From assembly GCA_046303115.1 (NCBI GenBank), contig JBKCGZ010000207.1:29-64028 (forward strand): a stretch of 64,000 bases of DNA, given 5' to 3'. The translations under genes were made by a program, and so were the position numbers. The notes under the pieces are model-generated. The model had not been told where the DNA came from and did no database searches. It saw only the letters and a list, made by a program, of their open reading frames with translations. Shown piece by piece: positions 55,947 to 64,000 of this stretch. Every line of letters starts with the position of its first letter. Position 1 is the first letter of the stretch. The stretch is from Bacteroidota bacterium (GTDB lineage Bacteria > Bacteroidota > Bacteroidia > AKYH767-A > OLB10).

Positions 55947-56348
55947 GACTAAGCCTTTACTGTTTTACGACTCATTTGCATATTACGTAGTCGGTGCATT
56001 GTTATTTCTGCACGACTACTAGCTGTATTGATGGAGAACAACTGTTTTACTTTGCTTAAAATTGCTTTTAAAGAATCCATATCTGTTAGGTAAAACTGTT
56101 AGAATAATTTAAAGTAGGAATAAATAGCTAATCTACGCTTGCTTTTGTAAATAAACGCGCAACGACTACCTTAAAAAAGCAGTTGGACCTGAATAGTAAA
56201 AAAAGCGGTTGAACGGCTTCCCTTGAAGATTGAATAGTACTACCTATGTAAATATTAATCAAAGACTATAATAGGTTGCCTGAATGAATCCCTATAATTT
56301 TATTTGGATGTTACAAAGCCAATTTCAATCCTAACATTCTTTACAATA

Positions 56349-59300
56349 CTACGGTGTAACAAAATCATAGCTCACGTTTTCTCCCATTAGCAAGGGCTGC
56401 TTCGACCATGTTTCAATCCCGTTTCGTGTACGAATCGAGATATAATAACTATTACCTGCTGCAATTGCAGGAAACGAAGCGGATGCATTTCCATCGATAT
56501 CTAATAAAGCGGTGGTTGAATAAATCGTATTGTAAGGACTATTTGGTGCGTGAAGTTCAACGATGATAGAATCACAAGCTGTAGGACTATTATGTAGTTC
56601 ATTGTTGTATAGAACAGGTTCCATCCGCCCTGAGCTAGTCATAAATCCTTCAATAAACGCATGCAGATTAAGTACAGATTGATCAATGCAAAGATTAACA
56701 ACAATTGATGCAGATTGGGTAACACCACAACCGTTAGCGTCAACTGCGGTAACCTGATAGCTCTGACTATTTGTTGGCCATACTAACGGGTTAGCAATTG
56801 AAGAATTATTAATGGCATTTATTGGTGTCCAGCTATACGTGAAATTAGAGAAGGGAGTAAACCGTACTGCACTATTTGTAATACCAAAAACTGATGCATT
56901 CCGTCCTGTTGGTACTACACCAGCCGAACCGTTACTATTCTCAATACCCTGTGTTGTTACCTCCCCAGGAACCGACGTTATAACCTCGCTATGTATTTCA
57001 ATAACATTCGTACTTTCATACAAGATAATTTGTCCACGCATCGGATAGGCAGTACCGTTATAATGATAAGTATTATAACGAACAATTAGTTTACGATTTG
57101 GAGCAATACCCGTAGTAAAATAACTAACCACTGATGAATTAGCTCCTGGATTTAAATCGTTCCATGCAAATGCAATAAGGTTATCAGGGCTACCAATACT
57201 TGGGATTAAACTACCTGTACAGCAACCATTCGCCATATTCGCATTAAAACCAATAAATCCATTGGAAGAAACATAAAAGTTGGTATAAAGATTCCCATAA
57301 TAGTTAAAAGTAAATCCAATTGGTTGCGCAGTACTCACAGCTTCATCAGTCAATGGAATATTTGTTCCACTACCTGTAATAGGAGCATACGTAATTGTCG
57401 ACAAATTATATCCAGAAATAGCATTTGAGTTCGTAATTGTAGCCGCTAACTGCAATGTATCACCACTGCAAATAGTATCAGGAGTGGTAGTAACTGAAAC
57501 ATCAAACGACGTAATAGTAATATAATTAGAAATTAATAGAGAGTCGCTACCAAGCGTATTAGTAACAACAAGTTTCACCGAATATTTTCCAGGTTGCGCA
57601 TATGTATGCGTTGGATTCTGTTGTGTTGAAGTATTGCCGTCTCCAAAATTCCATAACCATGCCTGCGGAATATCCGTAGATAGATCATTAAATTTCACCG
57701 ATCCAGGGCAAACAGCCGTTGTTTGTGTTGCATTGAAATTTGCAATTGGTGGAGCTGTAGGATTATTACAAAATGGTGGATACGTAAAATCAACCACCTC
57801 GTCACCAACTGCGTTAGAACTTCCCTGCGTGGCCAAGTAGCCCATTCCACGACGTGCAAACGCTTCCCATATCTGACAACGATGTGCACCACTGTAAAGA
57901 ATATCGTCGGCCAATAAAATCGCATCTCGGGCATCAATATAACCAGGACTACATGGTTGTAGCTTCATCCCTTCTAACACTAGTTTCATTGCAATGTTAT
58001 TTCCTGAAGTACCTGTGTACAGATTCGGATTATATCCAAAGTCACGAATAAGAAACCACGTCATATCCCAAATTGCAGCGCACCATATTTCACCTCTTCC
58101 ATGGGGATATACACTCGTTGATATATCAGCATAGGTGAGCGGATTAATACTCATGTTTGTTGAATAAGGATAACGACGGATACCCGCTCCGTTAGTTGAT
58201 TGCCCTTTTGCAAAGGTGCCAATACCACGTGCATTGATACCTTGATCACCTGGCTCTATAGTTAGTATCAAGCCCAGCCAATCACTCCAACCCTCACCAC
58301 CTTGTTCTGCATTTGTAAGACAACTAGCTGCTGCTGGTCCACCAGTAAGTCTATTGGAAACTCCATGACCATATTCATGCGCTACAATTCCGTTATCAAA
58401 TGAGCCGTCTAATTGAGGAGGTGGTGTGCAAATTACAAGATTTGCATTCACTGTAACAGAATTATTCAGTTGTGTTTTCATTGCATTTCCATCTGATTGC
58501 GTTACTGAAACAGATGGAATAGTGATAGTAGTTGTTGGTGTGCCACTCATAGCAGGAGGAGTTGTTCCTGTTGTATTATTAGCTATGATAACTCCAATAG
58601 CACCAGCAGCCTGAGCAAATTGAGTTTTGATAACAAAGCTACATGTGCCTCTATCGATCAACGCTATTTTTCCCGATATTGATGCTGCATTGGTGAATGC
58701 TGAACAGCCATCTGAACTTGTACCTACACCATCTTGAGCAAGAACAACATTTGCTGTTATATTAAACGCAGAAGCTGGGTTGTAACTAGCAATACCTACA
58801 GGTTTTAATCCTGCAATAGCAGTAGGTGAGTTTATAGTTAACGAATTGTTACATACTGTTGGGTTGGTCCAGAGATACATTTGCATACGTGGATTAGACC
58901 CATCTGGTGGAGTTGCAAAATTTGCATTATTAGTTCCACTACCATCAAATCCTTCGGCGTTTACATAATCGTTAGCGGCTCCGCCATTTCCATAATTATT
59001 CTGTTGGAAATTTCCTGCAACCTCATTAAAACCATTCTGATGAAGGATATCATGAATCACATTATTCATGTAAAATAGATTAGTAAGTGATGCATTTCTT
59101 TGATATGCGTTAGACGAATCAGGATGATATGGAAAGTTAAAGATCTGCGAAGAACCACCATCTGGAGAATAACCTGGAAGATTATCACTATTGGCATCTT
59201 CATAAGAATATACATTGTTTCCACGTGTTATATTATACTCGGCGCCAATAGCGCCATTGGTATCATGCCAACCATATGGTGAAGCCACTGGTTCAGATGG

Positions 59301-60077
59301 ATCATTTAATAGCTGAAGTGTACCATGAATAGGGCTTTCAATAGGAAGAGGGAAAACATTATACTTTGCTGTACCAGACCCAGGCATTGGTAGTGGGTCA
59401 GGCGACATAACATATGGTGAAGTAGAATGGGCCGAATGATCATGTGGAACATTAAAATTACAAGAGATAACCCAGTCGTTTTTTTCTAAAAATTCTCCAG
59501 TGGTTGCATCAATACGAATATTCCAATAATGCGAACCATCCTTCAGGTCGAGGGTAATATTCCATGCTAGTTTTACTGCTTTTGTTGTTTCTACATACAT
59601 CAGTTCAACTTCTACAGGCGAAGAAAGGAGTGATGTAATGTCAGCAGTAAATTTTCGTGTTTCTCCATTCTTCATAACAGGTACTGGAACGGAGGCCTCC
59701 ATCTCTAAATGTGAAAATGCAGCACTAATTGCCTGCTGTGGAGTAATTGAGGGTGTTACATTATTTATCTTAGAAGATAGTTTGCTTACAAATGGAATTT
59801 TTGACACATACACCTTACCGTTAGAAATTACAACGGGAGCAATCGCATTAAAAACCGGAATACCTTTCCATGCTTGCTGTAAATAGATATATGTCCTTTC
59901 TGTTGCAGGATCAGTATACTGCGAAGAGATTGTAACATCCTTAATATCTGATTCTATGAGCCCTGATTTACCTAGATTGTTACTAAGGTAGCTTTGAACA
60001 TTAGCTGGAACCTGCTGTGCTTTTGCAACTGAAAAGATAATTAAAAAATTAATGATTATAAAAATAACCCGATTCAT
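56349..60077 (-). CDS. secreted M36 (fungalysin-like) metalloprotease with FTP propeptide, PA-domain insert, PKD domain and a non-canonical C-terminal module
   Basis: The signal peptide starts at ATG 60077 (MNRVIFIIINFLIIFSVAKAQ). The zinc site is VAHEYGHGVSNRLTGG plus GEGWSDW. The PKD-like block is FGDGNTSTQQNPTHTYAQPGKYSVKLVVTN. I recognise no Por C-terminal domain. Confidence 0.85.
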   Translation of the reverse strand: MNRVIFIIINFLIIFSVAKAQQVPANVQSYLSNNLGKSGLIESDIKDVTISSQYTDPATERTYIYLQQAWKGIPVFNAIAPVVISNGKVYVSKIPFVSKLSSKINNVTPSITPQQAISAAFSHLEMEASVPVPVMKNGETRKFTADITSLLSSPVEVELMYVETTKAVKLAWNITLDLKDGSHYWNIRIDATTGEFLEKNDWVISCNFNVPHDHSAHSTSPYVMSPDPLPMPGSGTAKYNVFPLPIESPIHGTLQLLNDPSEPVASPYGWHDTNGAIGAEYNITRGNNVYSYEDANSDNLPGYSPDGGSSQIFNFPYHPDSSNAYQRNASLTNLFYMNNVIHDILHQNGFNEVAGNFQQNNYGNGGAANDYVNAEGFDGSGTNNANFATPPDGSNPRMQMYLWTNPTVCNNSLTINSPTAIAGLKPVGIASYNPASAFNITANVVLAQDGVGTSSDGCSAFTNAASISGKIALIDRGTCSFVIKTQFAQAAGAIGVIIANNTTGTTPPAMSGTPTTTITIPSVSVTQSDGNAMKTQLNNSVTVNANLVICTPPPQLDGSFDNGIVAHEYGHGVSNRLTGGPAAASCLTNAEQGGEGWSDWLGLILTIEPGDQGINARGIGTFAKGQSTNGAGIRRYPYSTNMSINPLTYADISTSVYPHGRGEIWCAAIWDMTWFLIRDFGYNPNLYTGTSGNNIAMKLVLEGMKLQPCSPGYIDARDAILLADDILYSGAHRCQIWEAFARRGMGYLATQGSSNAVGDEVVDFTYPPFCNNPTAPPIANFNATQTTAVCPGSVKFNDLSTDIPQAWLWNFGDGNTSTQQNPTHTYAQPGKYSVKLVVTNTLGSDSLLISNYITITSFDVSVTTTPDTICSGDTLQLAATITNSNAISGYNLSTITYAPITGSGTNIPLTDEAVSTAQPIGFTFNYYGNLYTNFYVSSNGFIGFNANMANGCCTGSLIPSIGSPDNLIAFAWNDLNPGANSSVVSYFTTGIAPNRKLIVRYNTYHYNGTAYPMRGQIILYESTNVIEIHSEVITSVPGEVTTQGIENSNGSAGVVPTGRNASVFGITNSAVRFTPFSNFTYSWTPINAINNSSIANPLVWPTNSQSYQVTAVDANGCGVTQSASIVVNLCIDQSVLNLHAFIEGFMTSSGRMEPVLYNNELHNSPTACDSIIVELHAPNSPYNTIYSTTALLDIDGNASASFPAIAAGNSYYISIRTRNGIETWSKQPLLMGENVSYDFVTP

Positions 60078-60435
60078 ATGGAATATAGCTTTCAAGCAAA
60101 ATTTGTTTAAGTTGTTTTAAAGACAAATAATTTTAATGAATGGATGCAAGTTAAAGAATTCAGGCGAAAAAACCATGCTTTCTGTAAATGGGTGCAATAA
60201 AAACAACTTAATAATGAAATCTATCTTTGCATAATAGTTGCAAATATCATGGGCATAGATATAAATTACTTACAAATATTCATTGGGCTTTGCTTTTTGT
60301 TGTTCAATATTAAAATAGTTAATGTGATTAAATTATCTAGCAAATATATTACTCTAGCATCCTGATTTAAAATTAAATAATCTATGATGTATGTGAACTT
60401 TTTTTAGGACGGGTCACGATGAATTGTAATGGATA

Positions 60436-60467
60436 TAAAACAAAACAGGAGGTCAAAAATGACCTCC
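60436..60467 (-). terminator. rho-independent terminator of tRNA-Asn
   Basis: ggaggtca ttttt tgacctcc is followed by tgttttgtttt on the minus strand. Confidence 0.7.
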
Positions 60468-60479
60468 GGTCTATGAACG

Positions 60480-60553
60480 CTCCCTCTCCTGGGCTCGAAC
60501 CAGGGACCCCATGATTAACAGTCATGTGCTCTAACCAGCTGAGCTAAGAAGGA
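60480..60553 (-). tRNA. tRNA-Asn (anticodon GUU)
   Basis: The manual cloverleaf has acceptor TCCTTCT/AGAGGGA (one G-U pair), D arm GCTC-AGCTGGTTA-GAGC, anticodon stem CATGA/TCATG with loop CTGTTAA, and T arm CCTGG-TTCGAGC-CCAGG. Confidence 0.9.
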
Positions 60554-60886
60554 ATACTCTTCTCTTTGCCTAACAAGGAGAAGAACATCGTTTCCGGCTC
60601 ATGCTATCATGAAGTTATACTTGTATATACTTCACGACTAAAACACGTGTTTGGGTGGGAACTCTGTTGTAGTTATAAAGAACGAGCATTTCTACAACGG
60701 ACGGCAAAAATACACCGAGATTTTTAATTAACAAAATGGTTTGTGCTTATTTTTTTAAATTATTGATTTTTAGCGGATTGTTGTCCAGGCCTTTCTGTTT
60801 ATTAATGCCTCACCATTAATTTACGAGATTATTGCCCCTTATTCAACGAATTATCCGTTCATTTGTCAAACATTTAATCGCTTTTT

Positions 60887-61963
60887 ATGTCCGTTAAATT
60901 TTCAAACTTAGAACACGACGCTTTTCATACTGAATTAAAAAATGAAGTGGCAGCACTTTTAAAATCGACAAATCTCCAGACCCAACGACAACGTTTATTA
61001 TACTTCAAGGTAGCATTTTACTTCGCTATATTCATCGCAGCTATTGCTTTGCTTTACCTTTCACCTGCAAACAACTTAACTCAATTAATCGGTCGTTATT
61101 TATTTGTTGGGGTATCAGGAGTATTCCTAGCATTTAATGTAAGCCACGATGCAACACACGGCACCATCTCCAAAAAGAAATGGGTGAATAAACTTATCTT
61201 TTATTTGTCGTTTAATCTGCAAGGTACCAACGCTTATTTATGGTCGGTACGACATAAAGCATCACATCATGTGTTTCCGAATGTAGATGGCTGCGATGCC
61301 GATATTGATGATAATCCTGTGATCCGATTGTCGCCAACTAAAAAGCATTTATGGTATCATCAATACCAAGCTTATTATTCATTTTTCGTTTATTGTATTT
61401 ACACTATTCATTGGGTGTTTTTCAAAGACTGGCTCTACTTCAGTAAATCGCAAATTGCAAATCTGAAAAATATCAAACATACATTCGGTGAATTTATGGA
61501 TGTGTTTTTATGGAAAGTCTTCTATTTATCATTGATGATTTTTCTTCCGCATTATTATTTGCATTATTCATGGGTTTGGGCCCTTACTTCGTTTCTAATT
61601 GCACATGTTGCGGTTTCTTTAATTTTCATTTTCACGTTAATTATCTCTCATCTAACTTTGGAAACTGATTTTCCTGTTCCAGATGAAAATGAAAAACTAC
61701 CTTACAATTATAGTCAACATCAGTTAGCAACCTCGCTCGATTATTATCCAACAAATCTATTCGTAAACTTTTTCCTTGGAGGATTTAATTCGCATGCAGC
61801 TCATCATCTGTTTCCACATTTGCCGCATACGTTGTACACTGATATCACTCCCATCATCCAACGATTAGTGAAAAAATACAATTACCAATATAATTTAAGC
61901 ACGCTTCCAAAAGCCATCGCATCTCACTTTTTGTATTTGAATAAGATGGGACAAAGACGATAA
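60887..61963 (+). CDS. membrane fatty-acid (acyl-lipid/acyl-CoA) desaturase
   Basis: Three histidine boxes are present (HDATHG, HKASHH, HAAHHLFPHLPH) together with 4 or more TM segments. There is no cytochrome b5 fusion. Confidence 0.9.
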   Translation: MSVKFSNLEHDAFHTELKNEVAALLKSTNLQTQRQRLLYFKVAFYFAIFIAAIALLYLSPANNLTQLIGRYLFVGVSGVFLAFNVSHDATHGTISKKKWVNKLIFYLSFNLQGTNAYLWSVRHKASHHVFPNVDGCDADIDDNPVIRLSPTKKHLWYHQYQAYYSFFVYCIYTIHWVFFKDWLYFSKSQIANLKNIKHTFGEFMDVFLWKVFYLSLMIFLPHYYLHYSWVWALTSFLIAHVAVSLIFIFTLIISHLTLETDFPVPDENEKLPYNYSQHQLATSLDYYPTNLFVNFFLGGFNSHAAHHLFPHLPHTLYTDITPIIQRLVKKYNYQYNLSTLPKAIASHFLYLNKMGQRR

Positions 61964-61984
61964 AATTGCATTCTATTTTCTGCT

Positions 61985-61992
61985 TATTTTTG
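61985..61992 (+). promoter_or_regulatory. -7 promoter element (TAnnTTTG) for the beta-propeller gene
   Basis: TATTTTTG lies 22 nt upstream of the ATG at 62015. Confidence 0.45.
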
Positions 61993-62014
61993 TTATCCCA
62001 AAACAAATCTTAAA

Positions 62015-64000
62015 ATGAAAATTAAGTTTCTGATCATCATCGGGATTTTATTTATAAATAATTTTTTATTCGCTCAATCTTCTAACGCTAATGAAAAATG
62101 GCAAGGTGGCTTTAACGCTCCTGGGGTAGAGGGAATAGTTTTGTCAATGGCAACCGACTCACCCTATGTATATGTGCTGGGTACATTTACTAAAATTACA
62201 GGAAGTTATAAGTCGCCACGCATTGCGCGTTTTGATGGAAGTTCGTGGTCTGCATTCCCAGATACCGTTAACATGCCTTATAACGGGAATGTTATTAAAG
62301 TGAATAATGGAGTCATCTATGTTTTATCTGATAGTAAAGTTTTTCGTTGGAATAACAGCTGGAGTGTAATTGGTGATGCTGCTAACTATTCCATCTTTGA
62401 TTTAGATTTTGATGCCGCAGGAAATATTTATGCAGTAGGTAATTTCCCAACAATGAATGGTGTCGCTGTAAATGGAGTTGCTAAATACAATGGAACTACA
62501 TGGTCGGGATTAGGAACAGGTGCAGCGAATGTTACAAGCGATTATCCATTTGCTGTTAAAGTAATTGGGACATCCGTTTATGTTGGTGGAAACATGACGA
62601 ATGTCGGAGGTTTTTTATGCAGTGGTTTTGCTAAATGGAATGGCTCATCATGGTCAATACCGAATACGGGTGGTTATGCTATTGGCGGTTCTGTTTACAT
62701 GACAAACATCAATAATGATCTTTACATTGCTGCTAATTCAAGCTTTCAAGGTGGTATATGGCAAAATGCAGTATTCAAGTATAACGGTAATGTATTTACC
62801 CGTTTAGGAAATTATTTTGACGCCCCTGCTAATGATATTACCAACCATAACAATACTATTTACATCGGAGGAACTTTTACTACTTGTGGAAGCACTCCAG
62901 TCAATAAAGTTGGTAAATGGGATGGCACTACTTGGACAAATGAAGGTGCAGACTTAAATATGGAAGTATCGTCGGTAGAAGTTAATAGCTTTTGTGAACT
63001 AGCGGGTGGTTACTTAAGTGGGATTTTTGGTCCGGATGATTATCATAACATTGCTATTAAGAAAAACAATACTTGGCGTCCAATTGGAAATGGAATGAAC
63101 GGAAATGTAAATGCTGTATTAGTACATAACGATACCCTTTACGCAGGAGGCGCTTTTACACAAGCAGGAGGAACCATCGTTGATAAAGTAGTGAAGTGGA
63201 ATGGTTCGCAATGGGAGATGTTACAAGGTGGATTAATCATTAATAACATCAACGATTTAATTTTTTATAATGATACGTTGTATGCCGGTGGCGATTTCAC
63301 CAATCCATCGACGTTAGGCGGTGTGTATGTGATGAAATGGAATGGATCAGCATGGGTAGAAGTTCCTAATGGCGTTAATTACAGAGTATATTCATTAGAG
63401 GTATATAATAACGAACTTTATGTGGGTGGCGATTTTTCTGCGATTGGATCAGGTCCTGCTAATAATATTGTAAAATATAACGGTAGCGCGTGGATTCCTA
63501 TTGGTGGTTTTACTAACGGACTTGTTCGTGATATTAAATTTGATTCGAATGGAACTTTGTATGCTGGTGGCGTATTTACAACAATTGGTGGAGCTGCTGC
63601 AAAACATATTGCAAAGTATGATGGTACTACTTGGTCGGCTGTTGGATCAGGTGTAGATAATACGGTTACTTGTATTGCTATTTCTCCAACAAATGAAGTT
63701 TACATTGGCGGATTGTTTACGTTGGGCTATAATGTTGGATTGATGTATCACATTGCAAAATTTAATGGAACAAACTGGCAAGCCGTAGGTGGTGGTTTAG
63801 GCAACTTTACTTCGGTTGTGTACGATATGGATTTTCATTGCGATGATTTATACGTTTGTGGATCGTTTAAAACTGCAGGAATAGATACAGTAAATAATGT
63901 GGTGAAATGGAATGGTAGTGCTTGGCAAGGATTAGGTTCAGGGTTAACGCAAGATACTACTGCTGTGCCTTATGCCTTTTCAATGGACTTTCAGAATAAT
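62015..64000 (+). CDS. secreted beta-propeller-type repeat protein, N-terminal 662 aa (3' end outside the window; not in the supplied ORF track because no stop is reached)
   Basis: My own translation runs MKIKFLIIIGILFINNFLFAQSSN... with no stop to base 64000. At least 13 units of ~47-50 aa carry the pattern [IV][AV]K[WY][ND]G[ST]xW...G.G....V.A......LY[AV]GG.F. Confidence 0.75.
   Translation, partial: MKIKFLIIIGILFINNFLFAQSSNANEKWQGGFNAPGVEGIVLSMATDSPYVYVLGTFTKITGSYKSPRIARFDGSSWSAFPDTVNMPYNGNVIKVNNGVIYVLSDSKVFRWNNSWSVIGDAANYSIFDLDFDAAGNIYAVGNFPTMNGVAVNGVAKYNGTTWSGLGTGAANVTSDYPFAVKVIGTSVYVGGNMTNVGGFLCSGFAKWNGSSWSIPNTGGYAIGGSVYMTNINNDLYIAANSSFQGGIWQNAVFKYNGNVFTRLGNYFDAPANDITNHNNTIYIGGTFTTCGSTPVNKVGKWDGTTWTNEGADLNMEVSSVEVNSFCELAGGYLSGIFGPDDYHNIAIKKNNTWRPIGNGMNGNVNAVLVHNDTLYAGGAFTQAGGTIVDKVVKWNGSQWEMLQGGLIINNINDLIFYNDTLYAGGDFTNPSTLGGVYVMKWNGSAWVEVPNGVNYRVYSLEVYNNELYVGGDFSAIGSGPANNIVKYNGSAWIPIGGFTNGLVRDIKFDSNGTLYAGGVFTTIGGAAAKHIAKYDGTTWSAVGSGVDNTVTCIAISPTNEVYIGGLFTLGYNVGLMYHIAKFNGTNWQAVGGGLGNFTSVVYDMDFHCDDLYVCGSFKTAGIDTVNNVVKWNGSAWQGLGSGLTQDTTAVPYAFSMDFQNN

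Noticed and set aside
56812-59886. Eight plus-strand ORFs of 60-82 aa inside the M36 protease gene. Similar antisense ORFs lie inside the giant-protein gene (e.g. 24904-25128, 25456-25767, 29413-29598, 30580-30867) and inside other long genes.
   Set aside because: These are shadow ORFs on the strand opposite long, well-supported coding regions. Their composition is low-complexity or odd, and they have no independent start signals.
45927-60553. Genomic island bounded by tRNA-Gln and tRNA-Asn
   Set aside because: There is no integrase, transposase or phage gene between the tRNAs. I saw no direct repeat of either tRNA 3' end. The content is largely metabolic and envelope housekeeping.
1-64000. 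CRISPR arrays, rRNA genes, IS elements, prophage or known defence-system genes
   Set aside because: I saw no regularly spaced direct repeats and no 16S/23S/5S signatures. Reading the translations turned up no transposase, integrase, nuclease or helicase hallmarks.

Overview
The window looks like a chromosomal segment of a low-GC Bacteroidota genome, probably Flavobacteriia or Cryomorphaceae-like; the species cannot be named from sequence alone. Three things support that placement. Type-A T9SS C-terminal sorting domains and SprB-type repeats are present. A RemB/Wzi-like gene sits next to a flippase. The Bacteroidetes -7 promoter motif TAnnTTTG lies 8-25 nt upstream of many start codons.

Housekeeping genes are asnS (partial), rpoN, lysS, class Ia nrdA, xth, a thioredoxin, a trans-sulfuration PLP enzyme, a crotonase, a stand-alone B12-binding mutase subunit, tRNA-Gln(UUG) and tRNA-Asn(GUU). 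They are interspersed with an unusually heavy load of very large secreted proteins:
- an M4 thermolysin-like protease of about 1350 aa
- a 2762-aa multidomain surface protein
- a 998-aa T9SS cargo protein
- a 1156-aa predicted outer-membrane protein
- an M36 fungalysin-like protease of about 1240 aa
- an open-ended beta-propeller repeat protein at the 3' edge

I found no rRNA, CRISPR array, transposase, integrase or recognisable defence genes.

The items most worth follow-up are:
1. A complete type-1-copper (cupredoxin-like) ligand set inside the 2762-aa protein.
2. A C-terminal module shared by that protein and the M36 protease; both lack a canonical T9SS tail, and the giant protein adds a duplicated dockerin-like Ca-loop pair.
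3. An uncharacterised operon of three secreted proteins next to a PrsW-family protease gene that is coupled to a small ORF.
4. A tightly packed five-gene envelope operon (OmpA-like, repeat protein, Wzi/RemB-like, flippase, WCEPC thioredoxin).
5. Two tandem paralogous orphan histidine kinases.
6. A 680-bp gene desert full of nested palindromes, including a roughly 150-nt imperfect hairpin.

All functional calls are motif recognition by eye on the supplied translations. No database search was run.
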